Origin: an uncultured Methylomirabilota bacterium
GTDB taxonomy: Bacteria; Methylomirabilota; Methylomirabilia; Methylomirabilales; 2-02-FULL-66-22
Reading direction: 5' to 3'
NCBI GenBank assembly: GCA_963845565.1
Contig: CAWJSJ010000005.1
Span: forward strand, 480,001 to 544,000
Length of the DNA: 64,000 bases
Shown piece by piece: positions 1-8,542 of this stretch (positions are counted from its first letter, which is position 1; each line of letters begins with the position of its first letter). The notes under the pieces were generated by a model. That model had not been told where the DNA came from. It made no database searches and saw only the letters and a list, made by a program, of their open reading frames with translations. Position numbers and translations under genes: made by a program.

Positions 1-2
1 AG

Positions 3-419
3 CGCCGCCATGGCCAGGCTTGGCGCCATGAAGCTCAGCGCCAGAATGCTGATCGAGCCCGCGACGAAGGAGCCGACCGCGGAGACGGCCAGCGCCGCCC
101 CGCCCCGGCCCCGCTTCGCCATCTGGTACCCCTCGAGGACTGTGACCACCGAGGCCGCCTCACCCGGGATATTCAACAGGATCGACGTGGTCGAGCCGCC
201 ATACATGGCGCCGAAATAGATCCCGGCGAACATGATCATGCCTGCCGTGGCATCGAAACCGTAGGTCAGGGAGAGGAGGAGGGCCATCGTCCCGAGCGGG
301 CCGAGGCCCGGCAAGATACCGATGATGGTGCCGATGACCGCCCCGAGAAATCCGAAGAGCAGGTTCATCGGGGAGACGGCGACCGAAAAGCCGTGCAGCA
401 GTCCGCTGAAGGCATCCAT
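3..419 (-). CDS. tctA: Tripartite tricarboxylate transporter large permease TctA (5' part; runs off window start)
   Basis: Manual translation of minus strand from ATG 419: MDAFSGLLHGFSVAVSPMNLLFGFLGAVIGTIIGILPGLGP...GAMYGGSTTSILLNIPGEAASVVT, the TctA signature; follows tctC/tctB. Confidence 0.93.
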   Translation of the reverse strand, partial: MDAFSGLLHGFSVAVSPMNLLFGFLGAVIGTIIGILPGLGPLGTMALLLSLTYGFDATAGMIMFAGIYFGAMYGGSTTSILLNIPGEAASVVTVLEGYQMAKRGRGGAALAVSAVGSFVAGSISILALSFMAPSLAMAA

Positions 420-466
420 AGTGAGTGTCGCCTCTTCCGGCACGATACTAAAAACTCGTTTTTGCC

Positions 467-612
467 AAGGCTGCTCAAAAAGGTCCAGATACAAGGCGGC
501 GCGCCGGGTACCCATCCGCAGGATGGGTGCTGGTGCGAGGCGTACTATGCGCGTACGTCGCAGCGCCGCGCGAGCGCACCAACGCCGTAGATGGGCCTTT
601 TTCAGCAGCCTT
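467..612. mobile_element. MITE-like element with imperfect ~20-bp terminal inverted repeats (may extend left to ~441)
   Basis: Left AAGGCTGCTCAAAAAGGTCCA vs right TGGGCCTTTTTCAGCAGCCTT; internal hairpin ACCCATCC-GCA-GGATGGGT; intergenic between tctB and tctA, abutting the tctB stop. Confidence 0.7.
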
Positions 613-1089
613 TTAGTCCAAGAGGTCGCCGACGACCCCGAGGGGCAGCGGCACCTTCAGCCAGGTGATGAACGTCAGGTACGACACGACCGTCAGCCCC
701 ACCGCCAACAGAATGATGATGGTCCACCTCCGGTAGCCGAACACGCGAATTGCAGCCAAGAGAAAGAGGCAAATGGCGATCGGGAATCCCAGCGGTGTGA
801 GCAGAAAGACGTAGCCCAGGAGCAGCGCGAGCAGCGCGACGGTCTTCCCGACCATGGCGCGGGGCGGAGCCTCCGCCAACGGCTCGATCGGCCGGGCGGA
901 ACGAGGCGCCACCACGGCCTGGATCAGGCAGCCGAGCGCGGTCGCGATGAGGAACATCCCCACAAACTTGGGGTAATAGCCGGGGCCCGGAAACTTCAGG
1001 CTGCCTTGCGGCATCCACAATGCCATGGCTACATACCCGATTGCCATCAGCAGGACGAAGCCGGAAAAAGCCAGGTCGGTCGATCTCAC
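613..1089 (-). CDS. tctB: Tripartite tricarboxylate transporter small permease TctB
   Basis: Several TM helices, PGPGYYP and LKVPLP motifs; GTG start with GGGGAG RBS. Confidence 0.88.
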   Translation of the reverse strand: MRSTDLAFSGFVLLMAIGYVAMALWMPQGSLKFPGPGYYPKFVGMFLIATALGCLIQAVVAPRSARPIEPLAEAPPRAMVGKTVALLALLLGYVFLLTPLGFPIAICLFLLAAIRVFGYRRWTIIILLAVGLTVVSYLTFITWLKVPLPLGVVGDLLD

Positions 1090-1156
1090 GGGTTCTCCCC
1101 AGGAACACGCAACCCGGGACCGCACGAGTACGGCCCCGGGTTGGGCGTTCTGCGCC

Positions 1157-2128
1157 CTACTTGCCCAAGGCGCTCTTTCCGTACTTCTCCCAGAGCGGCC
1201 GATACACGTTCTCCAGCGTCTTGATGTACGCCGCATACTCCTCGGGATTCAGATAATCGGACGGGAAGGCCGTCTTCTCGGCGTTCGACTTGAACTCGGC
1301 GCTGTCCATGACCTGCTTCACGGCGCCGGCGAAAACGGCCACGATGTCCTTCGGCGTGCCCTTGGGCATGGAGAAGCCGCGGGCGGAGCCGCTGGTGAAG
1401 TCGTAACCCAACTCCTTGAAGGTGGGCACATCCGGCAGGAACGGCGTCCGCTTGTCCGCCATGAGGGCCAGGGCGCGTAGCTTCCCGGCCTTCACCTGGG
1501 AGTAGATGATGCTCAGGTTGTTGGCCGAGGCATCCGTGTGCCCCGCCAGCGCCGCCTGCCACGAGGGGCCGTCGCCGGAGAACGGGACGATGTTCGTCTC
1601 GACCTTGGCTGCGGCGTTCAGCATCAGCATGGCGAACCAATCGTCGCCGGGGGCCGAGGAGGCGCCAACCGTCAGCTTTCCGGGCTGCTCCTTGGCCGCC
1701 TTGAGAAAATCGGCCAAGGTCTTCAAGGGGCCGTCGGCGCGCACCACCAGGATGCCCGGGTCGGTCACCACGTTGGCGACGGGAATGAGATCCGACATCT
1801 TCCATTGGGTCTCTCGAACGATAGGATTGATGGGGACCTGTGGTGTCGTGGTAATCCCGATGGTGTAGCCGTCGGGCTTGGATTGGGCCAACTCGGTGAA
1901 GGCGATGTCGGCGCCCGAACCAGGCTTGTAGACTGGCACGAGCGTGGTCTTCAGGTTCCTTTCCAGGAGCGGCCGGACCATGGAGAGCATGACGTCGCTG
2001 CCCCCGCCAGGGGCGAATCCGATCAAGACGTTGATCGGCTTCCGGGGATATTCGGCGGCCTGCGCGAGGCCGGCCAGGGCCACAGTGAATGTGAGGGCCA
2101 GTATCAGGATCCGTGTGTGCCTACGCAT
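1157..2128 (-). CDS. tctC: Tripartite tricarboxylate transporter substrate-binding protein (TctC/Bug)
   Basis: Signal peptide; YPRKPINVLIGFAPGGGSD, KPDGYT and PDVPTFKELG Bug-family motifs. Confidence 0.93.
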   Translation of the reverse strand: MRRHTRILILALTFTVALAGLAQAAEYPRKPINVLIGFAPGGGSDVMLSMVRPLLERNLKTTLVPVYKPGSGADIAFTELAQSKPDGYTIGITTTPQVPINPIVRETQWKMSDLIPVANVVTDPGILVVRADGPLKTLADFLKAAKEQPGKLTVGASSAPGDDWFAMLMLNAAAKVETNIVPFSGDGPSWQAALAGHTDASANNLSIIYSQVKAGKLRALALMADKRTPFLPDVPTFKELGYDFTSGSARGFSMPKGTPKDIVAVFAGAVKQVMDSAEFKSNAEKTAFPSDYLNPEEYAAYIKTLENVYRPLWEKYGKSALGK

Positions 2129-2242
2129 GTCTGTTTCCTCCTTGTGGAAAAACGACACCCCCCGACAGTGTGAGGCAACTCGACTTCTCGCACTGACCGA
2201 GCCCGGACCGGACAAGTACGATCCGGCTGGAGTCGGCTGCGA

Positions 2243-3337
2243 TCAAGGTCGAAGCGCGACCCGGATGCAGTCGGGTCGGCCCTCCATGAAAAACCGCATG
2301 CCCTCTTCCCCCCGCTCCAGCGGAAGGACGTGGGTGATCATCTTCTCGATGGCAAAGGCGCAGCCATTCACGATCCGGGCGGCGTCCTCGCAGTTCCAGG
2401 CTTGCCCCAGGCCGCCTCGCACGGTGATCTCGCGCAGGATCCAACGGTCGGTGGCCATGCCGACCGTCTTGCCGCCCCCCATGGAGCCGACCAGGACGCA
2501 GCGCCCCAGCGGCCGCAAGAGGTCGGGCGCCAGCGCGATGGACGACGGGGCGCCCGTACACTCCACGACGAGGTCGGCCATCTCCCCACCGGTCACGTCT
2601 CGCACCGCGTCACCAGGTTTTGCCTCCTCGACACAGAAGGTGTGGGTGGCGCCGAATTCCTTCGCGAGGTCCAGCTTCAGCCGATCGCGCGCCAGGCCGA
2701 AAACGATGATCCGATGCGCACCGGCCTGGCGGGCGGCGATCACGGTAGCCAGGCCCTGGGCGCCCGGTCCCAGGATGGCCACCGTCTCGCCGAACTGCAG
2801 TTCGCCTCGGGTTTTCACCCAGCGGATGCCGTTGCCGATCACGGAGAGCAGGGCCGCGGACTCGGCGGGGACATCGGCGCCGATCTTGTGGACCTTGGAC
2901 CCTTCGGTTACAAACATGTACTCGGCGTTCCCGCCCCAGAGGTGCGGCGGATGCGCGCAGGACTTGCTGAAACCGTAGGTGTGGCGGGTGGTGCAGAGCT
3001 GGTAGTTCCCGCTGCCGCAATACCGGCAGCGGCCGCAGGCGATGTAGGGCTCCACGACCACCCGATCGCCTGGGCGAACGCCGTGGAGCTTGCCTGCCTC
3101 CTCCCCGACGTCCTCCAGGTGGCCCACCATCTCGTGGCCCAGGATGAACGGGAACGGCATGCCGCCCCATTCCACGGCCCACATGGCGGTCCCCTGGTAT
3201 TTTTTCGGATCGCTGCCGCAGATACTGACCAGTTCGACCTTGAGCAGCATCTCGCGGGGTCCGATGGCGGGAATGGGATACTCGCGCATCTCCATGCGCT
3301 CGGGGCCGGTTACGACGAGACAGCGAGACAGTCGCAT
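2243..3337 (-). CDS. Zn-dependent alcohol/sugar dehydrogenase (MDR family)
   Basis: ICGSD, GHE, CGRCRYC...C structural Zn, GPGAQG nucleotide-binding motif. Confidence 0.92.
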   Translation of the reverse strand: MRLSRCLVVTGPERMEMREYPIPAIGPREMLLKVELVSICGSDPKKYQGTAMWAVEWGGMPFPFILGHEMVGHLEDVGEEAGKLHGVRPGDRVVVEPYIACGRCRYCGSGNYQLCTTRHTYGFSKSCAHPPHLWGGNAEYMFVTEGSKVHKIGADVPAESAALLSVIGNGIRWVKTRGELQFGETVAILGPGAQGLATVIAARQAGAHRIIVFGLARDRLKLDLAKEFGATHTFCVEEAKPGDAVRDVTGGEMADLVVECTGAPSSIALAPDLLRPLGRCVLVGSMGGGKTVGMATDRWILREITVRGGLGQAWNCEDAARIVNGCAFAIEKMITHVLPLERGEEGMRFFMEGRPDCIRVALRP

Positions 3338-3364
3338 GCGAGGGTGACTCCTGTACCGTTGCGA

Positions 3365-3400
3365 TTCAGCCTCAGACTCGGACTCAGACCCAGACTCTAC
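3365..3400. repeat. Short degenerate hexamer tandem repeat (CTCAGA-like, ~6 units)
   Basis: TTCAGC CTCAGA CTCGGA CTCAGA CCCAGA CTCTAC in the leader of the dehydrogenase gene. Confidence 0.55.
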
Positions 3401-3497
3401 TCGGGGTCAACGAGCGGCACAACGCACGATGCGCGGATATTACCAAAGCCTGACAAAGCCGCCAGGGCAGACCCACGGTCAGGGGGTGGGTTCTGGT

Positions 3498-4274
3498 CTA
3501 CCCGAGGAGAAACCCGCCGCTCACGTCGATGGTCACACCGGTGACGTACGCGGAGAGTGACGAGGCCAAGAAAAGGATGACGCCGGCCTGATCGTCGGGC
3601 GTGGCCAGCCGCCCGAGCGGCACCCGCGCCGCCAACTCCCGTTCCCGCTCGGGGTGCATCTGGGCGCGAATGCGCTCGGTGAGCGTCGCTCCCGGGGCGA
3701 TGGCATTTACCCGGATCCCGCGCGGGCCCAACTCCCGCGCCAAATGGCGCGTGAGGCCGATGACCGCGGCTTTGCCGGCGGTGTAATGCGCACCTTGGAG
3801 TTGGCTGGTGCTGACGCCCGCCAGCGAGGCAACATTGACGATCCGGCCGCCGTCCGGCATGTGACGCGCGGCTTCCCGGGCGCAGAGAAAGCAGCTCGTG
3901 ACGTTGAAGTCGAGCATCCGAGTCCACTCGGCCGCCGAGATCGTTTCCAGCGCGGCAGGTTTCCCGCCGCCCACGGCATTGACCAGAATGTCCACGCGAC
4001 TATGCCGCTCCGCCACGCTGGCAAAGAGCGCCGCCACCGCGGTCTCGTCGCAGACGTCGGCGGGCGCAGCTTCCGCCCGGCAACCGAGTCGAACCATCTC
4101 CTCAACCACGGGGGCGAGCGCTTCGGCGTCACGATCCACGGCGATGACCGTGGCGCCCCAGCGCGCCAGTAATAGTGCGGTGGCGCGGCCAATGCCCCGC
4201 CCCGCGGCCGTGACAACGGCAATCTTGCCGCGCAAGCCGAGATCCGCGACGGGGTCTGGCGGGGCGAGTGACAT
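3498..4274 (-). CDS. Short-chain dehydrogenase/reductase (FabG-like)
   Basis: TAAGRGIG, YTAGK catalytic motif, GIRVNAIAPG. Confidence 0.93.
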   Translation of the reverse strand: MSLAPPDPVADLGLRGKIAVVTAAGRGIGRATALLLARWGATVIAVDRDAEALAPVVEEMVRLGCRAEAAPADVCDETAVAALFASVAERHSRVDILVNAVGGGKPAALETISAAEWTRMLDFNVTSCFLCAREAARHMPDGGRIVNVASLAGVSTSQLQGAHYTAGKAAVIGLTRHLARELGPRGIRVNAIAPGATLTERIRAQMHPERERELAARVPLGRLATPDDQAGVILFLASSLSAYVTGVTIDVSGGFLLG

Positions 4275-4317
4275 GCGCTCCTCGTGTGGCCGATCAACTG
4301 CGGCCGAAGTGCGGCTA

Positions 4318-4346
4318 GTGATAGTCCAGCCCGCGTCGCGAGTCAA
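4318..4346 (-). promoter_or_regulatory. Putative sigma70 promoter of SDR gene
   Basis: TTGACT-17 nt-TATCAC on minus strand. Confidence 0.55.
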
Positions 4347-4439
4347 GCGAGAAGGTTCGTCAACAATTCCCCCCGGGGCTTTCCCGGAGCTTTTGTACGG
4401 AGTGCCACGACGTCGGCTTCACGGCACCGTAAGGACGCC

Positions 4440-5597
4440 TCAGAAGGTCGGTCCCACCCGATAGATCGAGAACTCGGTGTGGCCGAGGAGTTCCGCCTTG
4501 GTGAGCTTGCCGCCGGCCACGGCGAGGATCTCGTCGAAGATCCGTTGCCCCGCCTGCTCGATCGCGAGCGTGCCCTCGATCACGCCGGAGAGGTCCAGGT
4601 CGATGTTGTCGGCCATGCGATCGGCGGTGTGCCTGTTGGCGGTCACCTTGATCACCGGCATGATCGGGTTGCCGGTGGGCGTCCCGCGGCCGGTGGTGAA
4701 GACCATCACCTGGGCGCCCCCCGCCGCGAGGCCCGCCATCGACTCCACGTCCATCCCCGGTGTGTCCATGACGTACAACCCCACGCCGGGCGGGGCCTCG
4801 GCGTAGCCCAGAACCCCCTGGATCGGGGCGGAGCCGGCCTTGTGGATGCACCCGAGCGACTTCTCCTCGATGGTGCTGATGCCCCCTGCGAGGTTTCCGG
4901 GCGTCGGCTGGCTGCCCCGCAGATCCTCCCCCATCCGGAGTGCCCGCTCCTCGCAGGCCCGCACGATCGCAATCAATTGTTGGCCCACTGCCTCGTTCAC
5001 GGCGCGGCGGGCCAGGACGTGTTCGGCACCGATGCTCTCCGTCGTTTCCGAGAGGATGCACGTGCCGCCAAGGGCTATCAGGCTGTCCGAGGCCGCGCCC
5101 AGAGCGGGATTGGCCGCGAGACCCGAGGTGGCATCCGACCCGCCGCACTCGAGACCGAGGATGAGGGAGGCCATCGGGACCTCCTCGCGCGTTTGTGCGG
5201 CGAGTTGCTCTGCCATGGCGCGAGCGAGGGCGATCCCCTGGGCGGTGGCCTTGACCGAGCCACCCTCCTCCTGGATGACGATGCCGCGGCACGGCTTACC
5301 GATCTCCTCGACGGATTGGAGCATGGTGAGCGGCTCGAGCCCCTCGCAACCCAGACCCACCACCAGCACGGCGCCGACGTTCGGGTTGGCCGCCGTGTTC
5401 CGCAGGGTGCGGAAGGTGAGTTGCCAGTCCTCGCCGACCTGGCAGCAGCCATAAGCATGGCAGGCCGCCACGCACCCCCGGACCCCGCGCGCGATCTCGG
5501 CCGCTACCTGTGCAGCGCAGATGCTGGTCGGCAGAATCAGCACATGATTCCGGATACCCACCCTGCTGTCGGAGCGTCGATATCCCTTGAAGACCAT
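4440..5597 (-). CDS. UxaA/GarD/SuyB-family dehydratase, large (catalytic) subunit without SAF domain
   Basis: GYRRSDSRVGIRNHV, VGLGCE, ECGGSD, SETTE, TPGNLAGGISTIEEKSLG, FTTGRGTP motifs. Confidence 0.9.
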   Translation of the reverse strand: MVFKGYRRSDSRVGIRNHVLILPTSICAAQVAAEIARGVRGCVAACHAYGCCQVGEDWQLTFRTLRNTAANPNVGAVLVVGLGCEGLEPLTMLQSVEEIGKPCRGIVIQEEGGSVKATAQGIALARAMAEQLAAQTREEVPMASLILGLECGGSDATSGLAANPALGAASDSLIALGGTCILSETTESIGAEHVLARRAVNEAVGQQLIAIVRACEERALRMGEDLRGSQPTPGNLAGGISTIEEKSLGCIHKAGSAPIQGVLGYAEAPPGVGLYVMDTPGMDVESMAGLAAGGAQVMVFTTGRGTPTGNPIMPVIKVTANRHTADRMADNIDLDLSGVIEGTLAIEQAGQRIFDEILAVAGGKLTKAELLGHTEFSIYRVGPTF

Positions 5598-5669
5598 CGG
5601 TCCCCCTTGTGCCCGCTGTCCGGGCGCCCACGGTGCCAACGCGCCGGACGCGTCCCCGGCGCGCCAGTG

Positions 5670-5698
5670 AGACTACTCAAGGCCAACCAACGTGTCAA
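5670..5698 (-). promoter_or_regulatory. Putative sigma70 promoter of dehydratase gene
   Basis: TTGACA-17 nt-TAGTCT on minus strand. Confidence 0.55.
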
Positions 5699-5801
5699 CA
5701 ACCGCTGAGCCGGCGCCATCCGGTTCCGGTCCGCCTCCCGCCCATTTCCTCTTGATGGGACCGGCTTGCTCGGCGATACTTTCATCCACAATCATCCGGG
5801 G

Positions 5802-6851
5802 ATGTCGATGACAAAACGCAGGCTCGGTTCACACACTACTTCCGACCGCCTCCACCGGACGCGTCGGCGGCTCTTGCTCCTGGCCGCCATGGCGGGTACG
5901 GCGGCCTGCCTGCCGCAACGGGCGTGGGCGCAGGCTTCCGAGATGTCGAAGTTTGATCGGACGATACGCTCCCTGAAGATCTGGTGGAACACCTTCACGC
6001 GGGAGCCGGATGAGGGGGACATCGAGGCGACGAATTCGGGGAAGTTCGTCTCCGCGGCGCGACCCGATCCTCGAGCCTGGCCGAGTGGCGGGATCTCCGT
6101 CGCCTGGATCGGGCACTCGACCTTCCTCATCAACCTTGAGGGTACCACCATCCTGACGGACCCCGTGTTCAGCGACAAGGTCGGGGTGGACCTCCTCCTG
6201 ACGACGGTCGGCCCGGGCCGGTTCGTGCCGCCGGCCTTGCGCGCCCAGGATCTCCCCCGACTGGATCTGCTCCTGGTGTCGCACGCCCACATGGATCACT
6301 ACGACATCCCTTCGTTGAAGAGCCTCCCGCGGGATGTGCCCACGATCATGGCCCGGGATACCAGTGAGTTCGTGGACGGGCTGGGATTCAGCCAACTGCA
6401 GGAACTCGATTGGGGCCAAACCGCGGAGGTGGCCGGCGTCCGCATCGAGGCGGTTCCCGTCCGGCATTGGGGACGCAGATACCCCTGGGACCGGGACCGG
6501 GGCTACAATGGGTTGCTGCTCACCAAGCACAAGCGCAGTGTCCTCTTCGCCGGGGACACCGCGTATTCGGGAGAGTTGGTGTCAGCTCTGAAGGGGCGAC
6601 GGCCGGACGTGACCATCCTGCCGATCGGCGGATACAATCCATACATCGCCAGCCACGCCAGCCCGGAGCAGGCGTGGGACATGTTCCACGAGATGGGTGC
6701 GCGCTATCTGATACCCATGCACTGGCGTACGTTCCGGCTATCCCACGAGCGGCCGTTCGAGCCGTACGAACGACTCGCGGGTGCCGGGAATGGCGCCGCG
6801 TCGCGCATAGCGCTTCACACCGTCGGCGAAACCTGGCGTCTTCCGGGTTAG
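5802..6851 (+). CDS. MBL-fold metallo-hydrolase (NAPE-PLD/RomA-like), probable Tat substrate
   Basis: WIGHST, TDPVFS, SHAHMDH, FAGDT, PIGGY, PMHW motifs; RRRLLLL...AWA signal; TTGATG-17-GATACT upstream. Confidence 0.88.
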   Translation: MSMTKRRLGSHTTSDRLHRTRRRLLLLAAMAGTAACLPQRAWAQASEMSKFDRTIRSLKIWWNTFTREPDEGDIEATNSGKFVSAARPDPRAWPSGGISVAWIGHSTFLINLEGTTILTDPVFSDKVGVDLLLTTVGPGRFVPPALRAQDLPRLDLLLVSHAHMDHYDIPSLKSLPRDVPTIMARDTSEFVDGLGFSQLQELDWGQTAEVAGVRIEAVPVRHWGRRYPWDRDRGYNGLLLTKHKRSVLFAGDTAYSGELVSALKGRRPDVTILPIGGYNPYIASHASPEQAWDMFHEMGARYLIPMHWRTFRLSHERPFEPYERLAGAGNGAASRIALHTVGETWRLPG

Positions 6852-6953
6852 GAGCCGTTACGAAATAACCTATACATCTCTTTCTATTTCGTTACGGCTC
6901 CTTATGCCGTTTCGGAATGTCTCCGTTCAACTTATTCTTTGACAACGGCTTAG
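6848..6953 (+). repeat. Dispersed double-hairpin repeat, copy A
   Basis: TTAG-GAGCCGTTACGAAAT-N19-ATTTCGTTACGGCTCCTTA-TGCCGTTT...GACAACGGC-TTAG; overlaps the MBL stop TAG. Confidence 0.9.
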
Positions 6954-7000
6954 CCAGGTTCTTCCGCATGCCGGAAGCGCGGAATGCTTTGCGGTTTCCC

Positions 7001-7030
7001 TTGACACCGCGAACCGGTCCTGACTATCTT
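7001..7030 (+). promoter_or_regulatory. Putative sigma70 promoter of sugar ABC operon
   Basis: TTGACA-18 nt-TATCTT. Confidence 0.5.
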
Positions 7031-7114
7031 CTCGGCACCTGGTGGACACCACCCGCCGCGGCACTGGCTCTCCTCCGACTCGTCACCCACGCGGGTGAGC
7101 CGCCGCGTGTAAAT

Positions 7115-7126
7115 TGAAACGTTTCA
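7115..7126. promoter_or_regulatory. LacI-family operator-like palindrome
   Basis: Perfect palindrome TGAAACGTTTCA upstream of the sugar-binding protein gene. Confidence 0.65.
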
Positions 7127-7274
7127 CGTCCTGAGACCGTTCGCGGTGGCGGCGATCGGGAGCGTGCGAGGCGGCGGACAGCGCGCCCGGGTTCCGCGGT
7201 ACATCGGTCTCATATACCCGGCCGCCGAGGGGCCCCGACGCGGCCGAACACGCGAGAACACACAGGAGGACGCG

Positions 7275-8519
7275 ATGCGAAGGCGATGCGCAGTGCTGGT
7301 GGCCATCCTGGTCCTCTGCCTGGCCAACGGGGCCGCGGCGGGGGTCAAGATCAACGCTTGGACCGGCCTCAGCGGAGACGACAAGGGGCGGTTCGAGGAG
7401 ATGATCAAGGCCTTCAATGCCTCCCAGGGCGACGTGGAGGTCCTTCCCTCGTTCTATCAGTGGGACCTCATGCACAGCAAGCTGGTCGCGTCCGTGCAGA
7501 CGGGCGGCGCACCGGAGATGCTGCTCATGTGGGTGACAGTGGTCCCGGAAATGGCGGGCATGGGGGCGCTGCAACCCATGGATGAATTGCTCGGCGAGGC
7601 CGGTATCAAGGCCGACGACTTCGTGCCGCGCGCCTGGAACCTGGGGGTGGTCGGCGGGAAGCGGTACGGCATCCCGATGGATACCCACATCCTGGGGTTG
7701 TACTACAACACCGAGTTGTTCGAGAAGGCGGGTCTGGATCCGAACAAGCCGCCGGTGACCCAGGATGAGTTTCTCGCCGCCGCCAAGAAACTGACGACGG
7801 GCCCCAACCAGTGGGGCGTGGCCATCCCATCCTCCACGGCCTGGCCGGTACGCTACTGGATGGCGTTCCTCCAGCAGCAGGGGGGAAAGATGTTCACGGA
7901 TGACTTGAAGAAGGCCGCCTTCAACGACGCCAAAGGCAAGGCCGCCTTCCAATTCATGTCCGATCTAGTGCACGTCCACAAGGTCGCGCCGCCGGTCATG
8001 ACCGACATCAACAAGGCCTTCCTGACCAAGCAGGCGGGCATGATCCTGATCGGTCCGTGGCTCATCAACAGCGCCATGCGTCAAGAGGGGCTGAAGTTCA
8101 AGACGGCCCCGATGCCGAGAATCTTCGGCCAGTTTGCGGCCTGGGGGATGAGTCACCAGCTCGTGCTGGGGAAGCAGCCGGATCGGGCCAAGCAACTGGC
8201 GGCCATGAAGTTCATGCGGTACATGAGCGAGAATAGCCTGACCTGGGTGAAGGGCGGGCAGGCCCCGGCGCGCCGCTCAATCCTGAACTCCGCCGAGTTC
8301 AAGAACATGCCGCTCTGGAACGCCTTCACGCCGGGCATCCAGCCCGAATCGGGCTGGGTGCTCAACCCGCCGATCCAGCAGCAGACCAAGATCTTCACGC
8401 ACGACCCGGCCAGCCCGATGGTGGCGGCGTGGGAGTCCATCGTCCAGAAAAAGAAGACGGTGGATCAGGCCCTCGCGGACGCCGAGAAAGGCGTGAACGC
8501 GATCCTGGCCGGGCAATAG
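7275..8519 (+). CDS. Carbohydrate ABC transporter substrate-binding protein
   Basis: Signal peptide; YGIPMD, LYYNTELFEKAGLDP motifs; GGAGG RBS. Confidence 0.92.
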   Translation: MRRRCAVLVAILVLCLANGAAAGVKINAWTGLSGDDKGRFEEMIKAFNASQGDVEVLPSFYQWDLMHSKLVASVQTGGAPEMLLMWVTVVPEMAGMGALQPMDELLGEAGIKADDFVPRAWNLGVVGGKRYGIPMDTHILGLYYNTELFEKAGLDPNKPPVTQDEFLAAAKKLTTGPNQWGVAIPSSTAWPVRYWMAFLQQQGGKMFTDDLKKAAFNDAKGKAAFQFMSDLVHVHKVAPPVMTDINKAFLTKQAGMILIGPWLINSAMRQEGLKFKTAPMPRIFGQFAAWGMSHQLVLGKQPDRAKQLAAMKFMRYMSENSLTWVKGGQAPARRSILNSAEFKNMPLWNAFTPGIQPESGWVLNPPIQQQTKIFTHDPASPMVAAWESIVQKKKTVDQALADAEKGVNAILAGQ

Positions 8520-8542
8520 GGCGGATCCGCGGCCGGCAGGTG

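Noticed and set aside
1111..1142. Hairpin between tctC and tctB as a terminator
   Set aside because: No U tract; more likely an ordinary intercistronic stabilising stem-loop
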